A DNA stretch of 64,000 bases from assembly GCF_963676685.1 (NCBI RefSeq), contig NC_092348.1:42718001-42782000 (forward strand), given 5' to 3'. Numbering within the stretch: position 1 is the first letter of the stretch; the number at the start of each line of letters is the position of its first letter. This stretch comes from Mytilus edulis. Its lineage: Eukaryota. A program made the position numbers and the translations under genes. This document shows positions 1 through 13,700 of this stretch, one piece after another. The notes below the pieces were generated by a model that saw only the letters and a program-made list of their open reading frames with translations, made no database searches and had not been told where the DNA came from.

Positions 1-397
1 ATTTACTGTTTTGCGTCTTATTTTGTACTTCTTAAAAAAGGGGGATGCTGATTGCGTAAGTCAAAATAAAGCACGTGTTCTACTTGTTAAACTGTTTTCT
101 TTGTAACTGGATTATTAATTTTTTTATTTAATCTAAATTATCATAATCATTTGCTAAAACTTAGTTGATTAATTCGACAAATGGACGACTATCCTTAGAT
201 AAGTATTTTCCTGTGTGGTTTGTTGATCTACCTGTACAAGCTCAGGTACAACTGATTAGCGATCTTAATCCGGATATCCCTCAGGCGTTAGAACTGTATT
301 GGATTATAACATAAAAAGCCTAAGGGTTATGCAATTACATGCATTTGATAATAATTGATAAAAAAATGGCGTCGGGCTGCAAAAAACGATGAAGTTT

Positions 398-528
398 TGA
401 ACGATGGCGGAAGACAATTTAACGATGGCGCAAAACAATTTAACGATGGCGCAAGTCATTTGACGATGGCGCAAGACATTTGAACGATGGCGGGGCGCCA
501 TCGTTAAACAGGCCATGGAGATCCCTGC
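398..528. repeat. About 21-bp tandem repeat (AACGATGGCGCAAGACAATTT x5) ending in a CAGGG-type terminus; probable MITE end
   Basis: Five ACGATGGCG cores at about 21-bp spacing, an inverted copy (CGCCATCGTT), then GGAGATCCCTG. Confidence 0.55.
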
Positions 529-817
529 AATCACAATTCTTACTCAATATTTTTTCAATCAGTATCAGTATTTTTAATTGTTACGATACATGTATTTCAC
601 ATATATCTTTTTACAGGTTGACTTAATTCTATTGATCTCAAAATGAGATACTTATTAATTCTATTGATCTCAAAGTGAGCAATACAGACTGAAATTTATG
701 TTTCATGTTAGATTATGTTCAATTTTATTGAAATCTGGTCGAAGCTATGAAACTGGGAGTTACTGTGTTGGAAGAAAAACTATGGATGAAAAAACAACTG
801 CAGTATATCATAGTACG

Positions 818-1780
818 TCATTTATTAAGGAGTGAATAAAAACTAATCTGGAGCATACTTAATAACTAAGACTTACCCCTGAAGCAGTACCTCATTTATT
901 GAGGAGTGAATAAAAACTAATCTGGAGCATACTTAATAACTAAGACTTACCCCTGAAGCAGTACCTCATTTATTGAGGAGTGAATAAAAACTAATCTGGA
1001 GCATACTTAATAACTAAGACTTACCCCTGAAGCAGTACCTCATTTATTGAGGAGTGAATAAAAACTAATCTGGAGCATACTTAATAACTAAGACTTACCC
1101 CTGAAGCAGTACCTCATTTATTGAGGAGTGAATAAAAACTAATCTGGAGCATACTTAATAACTAAGACTTACCCCTGAAGCAGTACCTCATTTATTGAGG
1201 AGTGAATAAAAACTAAATCTGGAGCATACTTAATAACTAAGACTTACCCCTGAAGCAGTACCTCATTTATTGAGGAGTGAATAAAAACTAATCTGGAGCA
1301 TACTTAATAACTAAGACTTACCCCTGAAGCAGTACCTCATTTATTGAGGAGTGAATAAAAACTAATCTGGAGCATACTTAATAACTAAGACTTACCCCTG
1401 AAGCAGTACCTCATTTATTGAGGAGTGAATAAAAACTAAATCTGGAGCATACTTAATAACTAAGACTTACCCCTGAAGCAGTACCTCATTTATTGAGGAG
1501 TGAATAAAAACTAAATCTGGAGCATACTTAATAACTAAGACTTACCCCTGAAGCAGTACCTCATTTATTGAGGAGTGAATAAAAACTAAATCTGGAGCAT
1601 ACTTAATAACTAAAACTTACCCCTGAAGCAGTACCTCATTTATTGAGGAGTGAATAAAAACTAAATCTGGAGCATACTTAATAACTAAGACTTACCCCTG
1701 AAGCAGTACCTCATTTATTGAGGAGTGAATAAAAACTAAATCTGGAGCATACTTAATAACTAAAACTTACCCCTGAAGCA
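818..1780. repeat. 74-75-bp minisatellite, 13 copies; the last copy overlaps the real splice donor of Mcr exon 1872-1771
   Basis: Unit CATTTATTGAGGAGTGAATAAAAACTAATCTGGAGCATACTTAATAACTAAGACTTACCCCTGAAGCAGTACCT. ACTTACCCCTGAAGCA counted 13 times. Confidence 0.95.
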
Positions 1781-4700
1781 TCCTTCAATTTATAAAGTGC
1801 AATAAGAACATAAGATGTTAAGGGTACTGGATGTCCCATCAACTGTTGGGTTTGCATCTCTTTAAGATGTCCCTATAATAAAACAAAATCTATAGTAAGT
1901 AAAATCATACGTTTATCAAACAGACATCTCAAAACATATAGTTTGTTACTCCCATTATTATTTCTTATATAGTTTTGAATAAATGCACTGTGTTTTTACA
2001 TTCAACTCTCATATTATGTATATTTTTCTAAATATGAGTCTTAAACAAAGCATCTGTATTGTTTGTTGTTAAAATTATTTCTATTAAGTTCAGTTTCTCC
2101 ATATTCTATAGGATTCAATAATTACCAGACATGTAAAAAATCCAGAGACAAAATTCTGAACTTTTAAAATGCAAGTTCACAGACCTTATTTCATCACTAA
2201 CTTTGAATTTTTATACAGTATCTTATGAGAAATGCTAAAAATGATTGCTATGCAGCAGCAGAATGTCACTGTTACTTAGTTGATTAGTTTTTTTATCTGT
2301 AATGCCACTTTCAGAAGATAGATGAAAAGTTTCCGTTACATTTCGTTCCTCCCTCAAAGTGTGGTAGGAGACGATGAATTATACAACTTACATAAGTTCT
2401 GTCATAAATAGGAGCTTTGCTTTCCATAAATTCCCCAGTGACATTGTTCTGTTGACTACAGAGATACAAAGCTATCTTGTTCAATAACTCAATAGGGATA
2501 AACATGTCTTTCTCCCACTCTCCAAATCGAGCTTCCTGAAACGTTTTGGCAACAAATGCAGTCAACCTGTAAACAGATATATATCAAATATTGTAGAAAT
2601 TAAAGAATCTGATACTATGTAGAAAATTTGTTAGCCAATAAATTATATGAAATATGCATTCATCCAAAATTTGCATTTTCCAAGAATAATGCCATAAAAG
2701 AATGTTGACCAATTGTATACACCTCTTTTTAAAGCATTTCAAACAGATTTTAAAGACAATGTTTTTTATAATAAATAAAAATCAGGCTGTAATTTCAGAA
2801 TTAAAGCATCATCATTGGCGGATCCAGGGGGGGGGGGGGGGGGGTAATAAAGAAAAATGTTCATCCAATATATTTCTCAATTATCAGGGGCAGATGGGGG
2901 GGGTTCTGGTGGTTGGAACCCCCCTTTTTTTGGCCGATCAAAGCATTTGAATGGGGACATATAGTTGGAACACACCCCCCCCCTCCCCCCATCTGCCCCT
3001 GATAATTGAGAAATATATTGGATGAACATTTTTCTTTATTACATCACCAGTAACCTTCGACTCTGACCTATCAATCCCCATTTTTTTAAATTTCATTTTC
3101 ATAAAAACTATCATCCTTAATTCATTACATGTAAATGTTGTTCAAACAGACTAAACCTACCATATACTAGGAGCCTCATCATCCCTAAACATACTAAATG
3201 ATCCATCGTCATTCATGTAACTCAGCTGTCTCTGTAGGGCTAAAACAAAAAATTTTTTACAATCATCATATGTTGAACAAGCCTTTAAATTTAAATACTG
3301 GCTTTAGAAGCTCTTGTCACAAAAACAAATCATAAGTTAAGTGTTCCAGTAGAGTGTATACTGTAGTAAAATAAAAGTACAGTCGAACAAAATAGGTAAA
3401 TTTAAGGTTTCCAGTTCATCCCTCACTCAGATCCTATCCTTAAATTTTTGGTGTGATTTACTTTACCAAAATATTTCTAATTTAAATCAGTTGTTGCATT
3501 AAGTCACTTACTTTGTCATAATTTGTTAGAGAATTGATTGCAACCATGTTAATTATTATCACTATATAAATAAATTTGTTGTATTTACTGTCTACTGATT
3601 GGTTAATGTTATTAGTTTTATTTTCAATGTTGTCAATTTTGATGGCGACACGCCCACTCTGACGTTGTGTATTCATACGCCAACATGTGTGTACGTTGTT
3701 ATTGTTTATATAAATAATATAAAACGTTCTTTGAGCCTTTTTTTGATAGAAATTTATTTATAATGAATGGCAATAATCTATTTTGATTTTATTGAACCAT
3801 AAAACTAATTTTTGACTCTTCACATTTGACATAATCCGCTTTGCGGATTATTCAATGTGAATAGTCAAAAATTAGTTTTATGGTTCAATAAATTCAAAAT
3901 AGATAATAGCCATTCATTAAATATAATGGTGTGTTTTTTTGTGTTTTTTGGCACAGTTTTTTCAATTACAATTCCATCATTGCATCTTTGAATTTCACCA
4001 TATATAATTCGTTTTAAAAGTTTGAACTTTTTGCCACAAACTTAACAAATTTATTCAGTTTTTGGAAGGCATTTATTGATAAAACACTATGATGTTCACT
4101 TTATAATAATTGTCTTATTGCATGGTGCAACACTAGTTTAATGGTCTTACCAATATTCATATATCCAAGTGTCCTTCTCAAGATGTCATTTGGTAGCTGC
4201 TGGTTATTTTTCTTAAACTTGAGAGTTATAAGATTGTATGCAAAGTTAAACATGTTCATTTCACCACCACCATATGGCCTGCGCATGATGTCTTCTGCTG
4301 TAGGGAACTGGGTGAAGAAACCTGGGGTTACAACATCACCTGCATAACAAAGAATTCGAAATAATAATAGGCAATTTTAACCTAAAAAACAATTATTTGC
4401 ATGAACAAAAGATTTCAAATATTGTTGGAATAAAGTGTGTGTCTTAATGTTCAAAATCAAGTACAATGCAATGTTCATATCAATATAGCATAAAAATGTT
4501 CTCTATCTGAATATGCATTTAATTTGCCACGTTATGTAAAACAGCCATCCATCATTATTATTTTTGTTAATTTGTGTTCTTCATAGTGCTGATGGGAGAG
4601 TTGTCTCTTTGGCAATCATACCACATCTTCTTACTTTTATATTCATCGTCTTATCAACCTTGGCGCAGTATTTCTGTCTATTCAAGCAATAATCAAAATT

Positions 4701-7700
4701 GTTCCATGTTGAAAAAAATTTCACTTCTGATTTAATCTAATTCACATTTCTAAAAATGCTGTATTATATACTACACAATGTGGTAAACTTACCAAAGCAT
4801 GTCAGTACAGCTTTCTCTGACCCAGGAACATACAAATGTTCTCTCACTTCAGGTTCTATAAACTTGTCAGAAACATTTACTTTCAATTCTGGGATTTTGA
4901 TAGAACTGTATCTTATCAAATCAATCAAATATGGGGTGTGATAATAATTCTCTACACCGTCAGCCTGTAAAAAAATCGTATTAAAATTTTTAATAAAACA
5001 TAAGTGACTTTGTATTAATTCCTTGAGTTACAAGTACAGTTTATTTACCAACATATAAGACATACTAAGCAACTAAAATAATCTGATTCATGCTTTCATT
5101 TTTAATTCTATTAGATTTCAATAGTACATAAATTGAAGATTTATGCAAACAATGACTTTAAGGAGATGTTAACAGTGCAAGCTTTCCTCTTGTAATGAAG
5201 TAAGTATGGCTTATACTCAGCTGCTATCCTTAATGGCTAATGTATCACAAAATTTATCCAAAAAAAGGTTTATCAAATTAATTCGTTTCAAACTTTTTTT
5301 GAACTTGAATAAACTTAACTTTTTTTTTATCATGAATAAACTGCCTTTTTTTAACATAATTAAACTTACATTTTTTAAATGAATAAACTTACTTTTTTCA
5401 CATGAATAATCTACTTATTTTAACATGAATAAACTTGACTTTTTTAACCTGAATAAACTTACTTTTTTAACATGAATAAACACACTTTTTTAACCTGAAT
5501 AAACTTACTTTTTTAAAATGAATAAACACACTTTTTTAACCTGAATAAACTTACTTTTTTAACATGAATAAACACACTTTTTTAATCTGAAAAACTTACT
5601 TTTTTTAACATGAATAAACTTTACTTTTTTTTTACATGAATAAACTTATTTTTTTAAAACATGAATAAACTTTTACAGTACTTACCTTAACATAAATAGT
5701 CTTATGGAAGAAATCTCTATCCATAAATGACCAGCATTCTAAAGAGATGTTGAAGCTGCCCATCACAATGTTTGGCATAATTGGCATAAAAATATCCTTT
5801 GAAGTTCCAGGTTCCAACTAAAAAAAAAGAATATTAATTAGTTTGATCTCAAATTGTCTTGTAAGTTTTTATTAAAATCAATTACCACCAAAACCCTTAA
5901 TATTTTAGCCATTTGTTTGGCAAAGATCAATTCTACTCTATCATATAAAAAATAATTCCAGCTTTATCTGTGAATTTGACTAAAAGTAAAACCATAGTGA
6001 AAAGTTCATATTCATATTCATTAATATTGTATTTCACTGACACACAAGAACTGTTGATCATTGATTAACGGATATTTTTTGCAGCAAAGCAGCGTCATTC
6101 ATAAATTGTCCCTAGCCAGGAACCTTGTGGATGTCTGATATATCTTAATGTTGCTCTCTAGATGTTATTTAGACATTTGTGTAATTGTGTTGTTGTTTCA
6201 CTAAAGAAACCTCAAATATTCTTCAATTCAAACTCATCCTCATAGACGAGGGAATAACTCTTATAAGTCACAAAGGAGTATGTTCGATAAGGTCCTAAAA
6301 TGGCCCCCTTTTTTAGCGTCAATTTCAAATTCGGATTTATTGACTAATATCACGATAAATTATAGCTAATACATTGACTAGATAGGATATAAGCCATTTT
6401 ATTGAAAATTTCACGTTTCTGCGTTTCATTATGACGTCACAAGTTGTACTCATATTGATTTTCACGAAAAAATCAATGAAAATGGGTAAATTTCCATAGA
6501 TTATTGAACAGGAAACATAGAGCGCATACGTCGACAACAAAGATCTTTAAAAATAATGTTTGTGAAGACATTTCACATGTCTTATTTGAATATTAAGCTT
6601 GTCGACGCCTGCGCTCTATGTTTCCTGTTCCTTTATTTGGTTGAAATGTCTGATTTTGTCAAATTTCACAAAGATCCTTTATCTTGACCTTTTTGGGATG
6701 TAAAAATCAACCTGTTAGAATTCAACTTTGACAAAAACAGTTCTTTTTAAATTTCTCACATGTCTTTAAGGCAACTTAAAGAATTTATTGTCTTGTAACT
6801 ATGAACTTTATAATTGGGGCCAAATATGGCCCTTATCGAACTTACTCCTTTACAAAGTTCTAATACAAATCAATTTGTAGTAATTTAAAAGATGATGTAT
6901 TGCTAACATCTAGTCATTAGGTTTCTGGTGGATAGTTTTCTCATTGGCAATCATATCATATCTTCTTTATTCTTATATATTGAAATTTTTATAAGTAACT
7001 TACAAACACGATAGTCTGGTGATCTCCAGGGTGCCGCAGTGGATTTCTGGAATCAACATATCCTTCATCACCGACAAGTAATGAATCGTAGTGCGGAGAT
7101 CCTTTCATTGTCACTAAAACTTCAATGAAATTATCACCAGGCCAGTAGTTGAATACTGTTACCCTTACACCAACATGCTCACCACGGACCACAATATCTG
7201 GGGCTTCTACTATCATGTACATAAATCTAGTAGCATCGTACTGAAAATTAAATTGAAGAAATCAGAAATAGAAGTTATATTGAATTATTAATTCATTTAT
7301 CAACAAATTTTCCCTAGCATTAAGTTATTTGCCTATTTAAAAAATTATATTTGCAAATTGTTACATCTAAATAAGAAGCTCATTGTCAAACCAGTGTCTG
7401 CTTTATCCAAAAATTTCAAATAATGCAGTGGCTTAATTCAATATGTACCTACCCTAATAGGTTTGCTCATTACTCCCAGTCCTAAGCTCCTACTAACAGC
7501 AATACCATTGATCATCCAGGTTAGAGGGTATTTTGGAGGGTGAACCCTGAACTGCACTTTCCTGTCTGGTCTGAAAAATACATTACATATATGTTAAGAG
7601 CCAGGAATTTATCATAAAGAATGTCAATGTTAAAAGGGTTATATTGGCATTTATCATATACTTAGCATTGATAGGATAGCTTTTACATATGTATAATGAG

Positions 7701-10700
7701 CCGAAGTACACAAGCCATCATTTCCCATCGGGCTGATAACCCATATAAGGGTCATCTTGTGCACAAAACCCATAATAGTGCCTCTCGTGCAAGTTACTTC
7801 TAGAATTTCCAGTATCATATGTTTACTTTTCCATTGTGACGTCAGATGTATTTTTATGATGACATCAAAATTTACAGGAACTTTTTGATGTCCAGTTACA
7901 TGTATGACATTCAAATAGCGATAAGGTGTATTGGATCCAGTGGTAATTCTGTTTGTACAGAACAAGCTATTATTGAAAAACAGATTTTAACTTGGCTAAA
8001 TCCAATAATTTAGATTTTTGAAATGATGATAGTTTAGTACTTGCTAACAAATGCCATTGATAATTATGAATCAATTTAAAGTACAACAAACATGGCGTAC
8101 TTATAAACTTCCAAATTTTCAATGTTTCAAAATGCCTCTATAGGAAATGATACCATAAATAAATATGGAGGTAGTGATGCTATTGTTGAATAAGTGTATA
8201 GGATTCATAATTTAACTTTTTTATACAGTTTTTGACTGTTTTAGTAATTTTATTTGTTTATTTGCCATACATAAAACTATTGTCGGAAGTATATGATAAA
8301 GATATTAATACATGGCCTTTTCCATATCATGTTTTTGTGACTACATCTCAGGCTGATACCTGTGCCAATATAGAAAAGGCCATGTATTAATCTCTATGTT
8401 TTTTATACACTTATTTGTTTTAGGAAAATTATTAATAAGTAAGGATTATTTACGTTTTCATTTATTGTGATTAAAGTGATCCACAGAAACAAAAGGATCA
8501 AGAATGGTATACTTTATTTTAATATTTATCTGAAATAATATTTCCCTCATTTCTTCTTTGCTGGTTATATTTGAGAATTAACCAATGTGTTGAAACTTAT
8601 ATGTCTATATGTTATGCATGATCGTTTGCAAGAGTCTACCCAGGAATACTTGTGTTGCCTTGATGTTCCCAAATAACATTTTTAACATAAAAGTAAATGG
8701 TCCTTGTTTTGGTGAAGAGAAACCCCCAAATCACACTATTAATTATTAAAAAAGCTGTTTAAAATGGATATTTATTTACTCAATTTCTTTATGTATTACC
8801 AGTATATGTAATTTAAATTAATTTTTGTGACCTAGTGTAATCTTACTTTGTAAAGTACTCTTTCCAAGCCCATGCACTGTCTTCATAAAATCTAAGAACT
8901 CTGCTAACTCTGTGTATCATTCCCTCAGTTCTATTGTTGTAACGAGGATCTTCAACTGGACCTTTAAATGAAAATGTAATTTGTATTATTTCAAAGATAA
9001 AATATAGAACACTCTCAAAAACAAACCCTTCCCAACAACAACAATTTTTGCTTAAGAATTTTGTGATGTTTTTATTAATATATATATTGATATGTTTCCC
9101 AAAAATGAAAACTTGCATTTAAAATTATGATTGCATGTTTTGTATGATCCATTTCTTGATATCGCAATAATTAATCACACAATTCTATTCATTGATAAAA
9201 AAAACACAATAATTAATCACACATTTAAATCACTGTTCAACAATCACAAAAAAAAATAAAGGATGCCAAAATTTTTTGAATCTTCAGTACTCTTTATCAA
9301 ATGGACTGTCAATAAACACTTACATTTTATTCATTGTTCAACAATTGCAATAATCAATCACACATTTTTATTCATTGTTCAATAATCACAAAAATATATG
9401 CATGCCAAAATTTTTTCAATCTTCCGTACTCTATATGAAATGGACTGTGAATAAACACTTACAATTTTGTTCATCAGCCCAGTCACTACAGAATTTCTGT
9501 CCATCACATGTCTTGTTGATACTGTAACAGATTTCTCCGGTAAAACAAGGCAGGGTGCCGTCTCTTGTAAAGTTACACGGATCTGAAATAGTTGTACGAT
9601 TGTAAAATCCAATTTTGTTAAAAAAAAAATTGAAACACTAATTTTTCATAAAAGGGTTGGTATTATAAGATGAACATCTCTTAAATGCAAGTCCTATATA
9701 TTTTATCTTGTTATGCAAGTCTTTTCACACAAGTAAAAGTTTAACAAAAGTATTCATTGGTGGCCTTTGCAATTTGTGATATCATTAACATGATGGAACC
9801 AACAACCAAAAAAAGATTGTAATGAGGCTTTTTTTGGCAGCCTTTACAATTTCAATGCAAGAAGTTTGAAACCTTCATTCAAATATGAAAGATTTAAAGG
9901 AGAAAGGCATCAACCAAAGAGCCTAAACAGCCCAAGGCCACCAATGGGTCATCAGCACAGCGAGAAATCTCTGCAGCGGGAGGCTGGTTTAATATATGTA
10001 TTTATATACTTACTAACAACTCTGGTGATGGTGACATCAGACAAAGCTACCAATCCAGATTGCTACAAATACACAAACAATTGGTTTTTAAGTTCCAATC
10101 TAAACCATAAACATTTCTTGGTATTGCCTTGTTATCAAGGATGATAAAAAATAAGATACTTAGGACACATACATTGTTTAAGATCATTTTCAACAATAAT
10201 GCCTACAATGTCATGCTAAGTGTAATCCCAATACTTGTAATGCAGTACTGTGAATTCATCATTATTTGTTGGATAACAATTATTGTGGATTTAGTAATAA
10301 AAGACAAAATTACATGTTCAAAGTATAACAATATTTATATAGATTTGTATGTAGACTAGAGCAAAACCATGAAATCAAATATCCAACAAAAATTGGTATC
10401 CATGGAAATAAATGAATCCACACTATTACAAAACAGAAAGTAGTTGTTTTACAGACCCCATTAGATGATTAGGGATCAAAACTAATCATTGCCAAACTGT
10501 TGACCAAATATGAAGCCTTGCTGTTCAGAAGTATTGTTGAAATTTGCTCATTCAACTCATTGAAAAATTCAAAGAATTGACAAACAGGAAGTACTGTTAA
10601 TAATAATGTTACATCTCATCACTCATAGATACACAAGTGTCTGACAAGTTACATCTCATCGCTGTCATAGATCCACAGTAGTGTCTGACATGTTACATCT

Positions 10701-13700
10701 CATCACTGTCATAGATCCACAATAGTGTCTGACAAGTTACATCTCATCACTGTCATAGATCCACAGTAGTGTCTGACAAGTTACATCTCATCACTGTCAT
10801 AGATCCACAGTAGTGTCTGACATGTTACATCTCATCACTGTCATAGATCCACAATAGTGTCTGACAAGTTACATCTCATCACTGTCATAGATCCACAGTA
10901 GTGTCTGACAAGTTACATCTCATCACTGTCATAGATCCACAGTAGTGTCTGACAACAATAGTGTCTGACAAGTTACATCTCATCACTGTCATAGATCCAC
11001 AGTAGTGTCTGACAAGTTACATCTCATCACTGTCATAGATCCACAATAGTGTCTGACAAGTTACATCTCATCACTGTCATAGATCCACAATAGTGTCTGA
11101 CAAGTTACATCTCATCACTGTCATAGATCCACAGTAGTGTCTGACAAGTTACATCTCACCACTGTCATAGATCCACAAGTGTCTGACATGTTACATCTCA
11201 TCACTGTCATAGATCCACAATAGTGTCTGATATGTTACATCTCATCACTGTCATAGATTCACAATAGTGTCTGATAAGTTACATCTCATCACTGTCATAG
11301 ATCCACAATAGTGTCTGACATGTTACATCTCATCACTGTCATAGATCCACAATAGTGTCTGACATGTTACATCTCATCACTGTCATAGATCCACAATAGT
11401 GTCTGACATGTTACATCTCATCACTGTCATAGATCCACAGTAGTGTCTGACATGTTACATCTCATCACTGTCATAGATCCACAATAGTGTCTGACAAGTT
11501 ACATCTCATCACTGTCATAGATCCACAGTAGTGTCTGACAACAATAGTGTCTGACAAGTTACATCTCATCACTGTCATAGATCCACAGTAGTGTCTGACA
11601 AGTTACATCTCATCACTGTCATAGATCCACAATAGTGTCTGACATGTTACATCTCATCACTGTCATAGATCCACAGTAGTGTCTGACAAGTTACATCTCA
11701 TCACTGTCATAGATCCACAAGTGTCTGACATGTTACATCTCATCACTGTCATAGATCCACAATAGTGTCTGACATGTTACATCTCATCACTGTCATAGAT
11801 CCACAGTAGTGTCTGATAAGTTACATCTCATCACTGTCATAGATCCACAGTAGTGTCTGACATGTTACATCTCATCACTGTCATAGATCCACAGTAGTGT
11901 CTGACATGTTACATCCATCACTGTCATAGATCCACAGTAGTGTCTGACAAGTTACATCTCATCACTGTCATAGATCCAAAATAGTGTCTGACATGTTACA
12001 TCTCATCACTGTCATAGATCCACAGTAGTGTCTGACATGTTACATCTCATCACTGTCAAGCTAATTTATTTGATTGAATGCTGGTCTTTAACAACACCAC
12101 TTTCAACACTCTATTGTGGCCATCAATGGTGGCAGCCACAGTGACTGGAGAGAACCAGCAACTTTCAACACTATTAGCTCTATCGTGGCCATCAGTGGTG
12201 GCAGCCACAGTGACTGGAGAGAACCAGCAACTTTCAACACTATTGGCTCTATATTGTGGCCATCAGTGGTGGCAGCCACAGTGTCTGGAGAGAACCAGCA
12301 ACTTTCAACAAGAAAACTAACAATCCTAGTCAATCAATAAAGATTAGGGGTGCTATAAACAGTTTCGTACTAAAAACTAGGGGTATTTCCCCAGTGAGAT
12401 TTACATACTGATGGAATTCCCTGCTATTTATATACCACTAAATGAAAAAGTTGATTGTTTTTTATGTTCAATGTGAAAAACATATATTAAAGTTCAATTA
12501 AAATGCCACTTTTGTCAAGATTTAAAAAAAAAAAATGTTTTTGTGACTTCCTACTATATGGGAGGCAACTCCATAAACAGCTGATTTTCACCTGTTGCAA
12601 AAAGCACTTTGATTTGTCAGGTAAGATAGCTCCTTTCGGAGCAGGCGAACGTAGGCTGAAACTACATTTTCTTAAATCAGCCGGATAAGCTCTTCGAAAT
12701 GCATATTATAAGAAATCTGAAATATATGCACAGGTTACTGATCCGTGTGTCCAAAGGTGGTCTGTTTTTAAGGTTTTTTAGGGGGAAAATGCCTAATTTC
12801 CAGCTGATAACTTGTACCAATTTGCATGTTTAAACAAGAGATGTTGGATTTTTTTTTATTTATTCAGAAAGTTCATAGAATTATCTTTCCATTGATGTAT
12901 AGATATCTATATAACTATGAATATCTGACTTCTGCATGATGGGTCCACTATTACATGCCCTGTTACAGAATGACGTCACGTAAAAAAATGTTGATTGCAC
13001 CCTTAAGGGACAAATACAAAATATTAGTGATGTTTTAGCATAGAAATGTGTTTGCGAATGGAGTAAAATAATTCTGAAAAATATTGTACGGCATGTATAC
13101 ATTAATTTAAAAGCATCAGTTTGGTATATTTAATGCAAATATTACAGATTTGTACATAGCAACCAGATATAAGAAAACCAGACTCTGTGCGAATATTGAA
13201 GTTTTTTAATTTTTTGCGACGTCATGATATTTTTATTCAATCTCTCATATATTTGGAACCAAAAGTTGCATATGAAAAGTGTAGATTTTTTCTACTTTGA
13301 CCTTTACTCCTGATCAGTGTTACATAAAGTTTTATTCATTATAATATATATTTGGTACTTTTTATAGTCAAAAAGGTACACATGCCATTTCTAAGAAAAA
13401 CACTATTTCAATATTTTCTCAACTCAGCTATAACTTAGTTCATATAGTACTAGGAACAAAATCTATTTAAAGTAACTTTATTCATGCCTATTTCATAGTT
13501 TTTATTCTATTTATTTAAAAGAAACCCTATTTTATGATTTATTTTCTTTGTAAAACTGATGAAATGTAATACAGGAAATGTTTGGGATTTGCCAGTTAAA
13601 CTGTTTGCCACTGGCCAATATGCCACTACCGCGCGACATAAAAAAAGAGCTGTAGTTTCACTATTTGTGGTCACAATCCTTAAAGTAAGACATCATTTTA

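Noticed and set aside
10607-12058. CRISPR-like array (also considered for 818-1780)
   Set aside because: Units are contiguous with no unique spacers, there are no cas genes, and the context is a eukaryotic intron; these are minisatellites.
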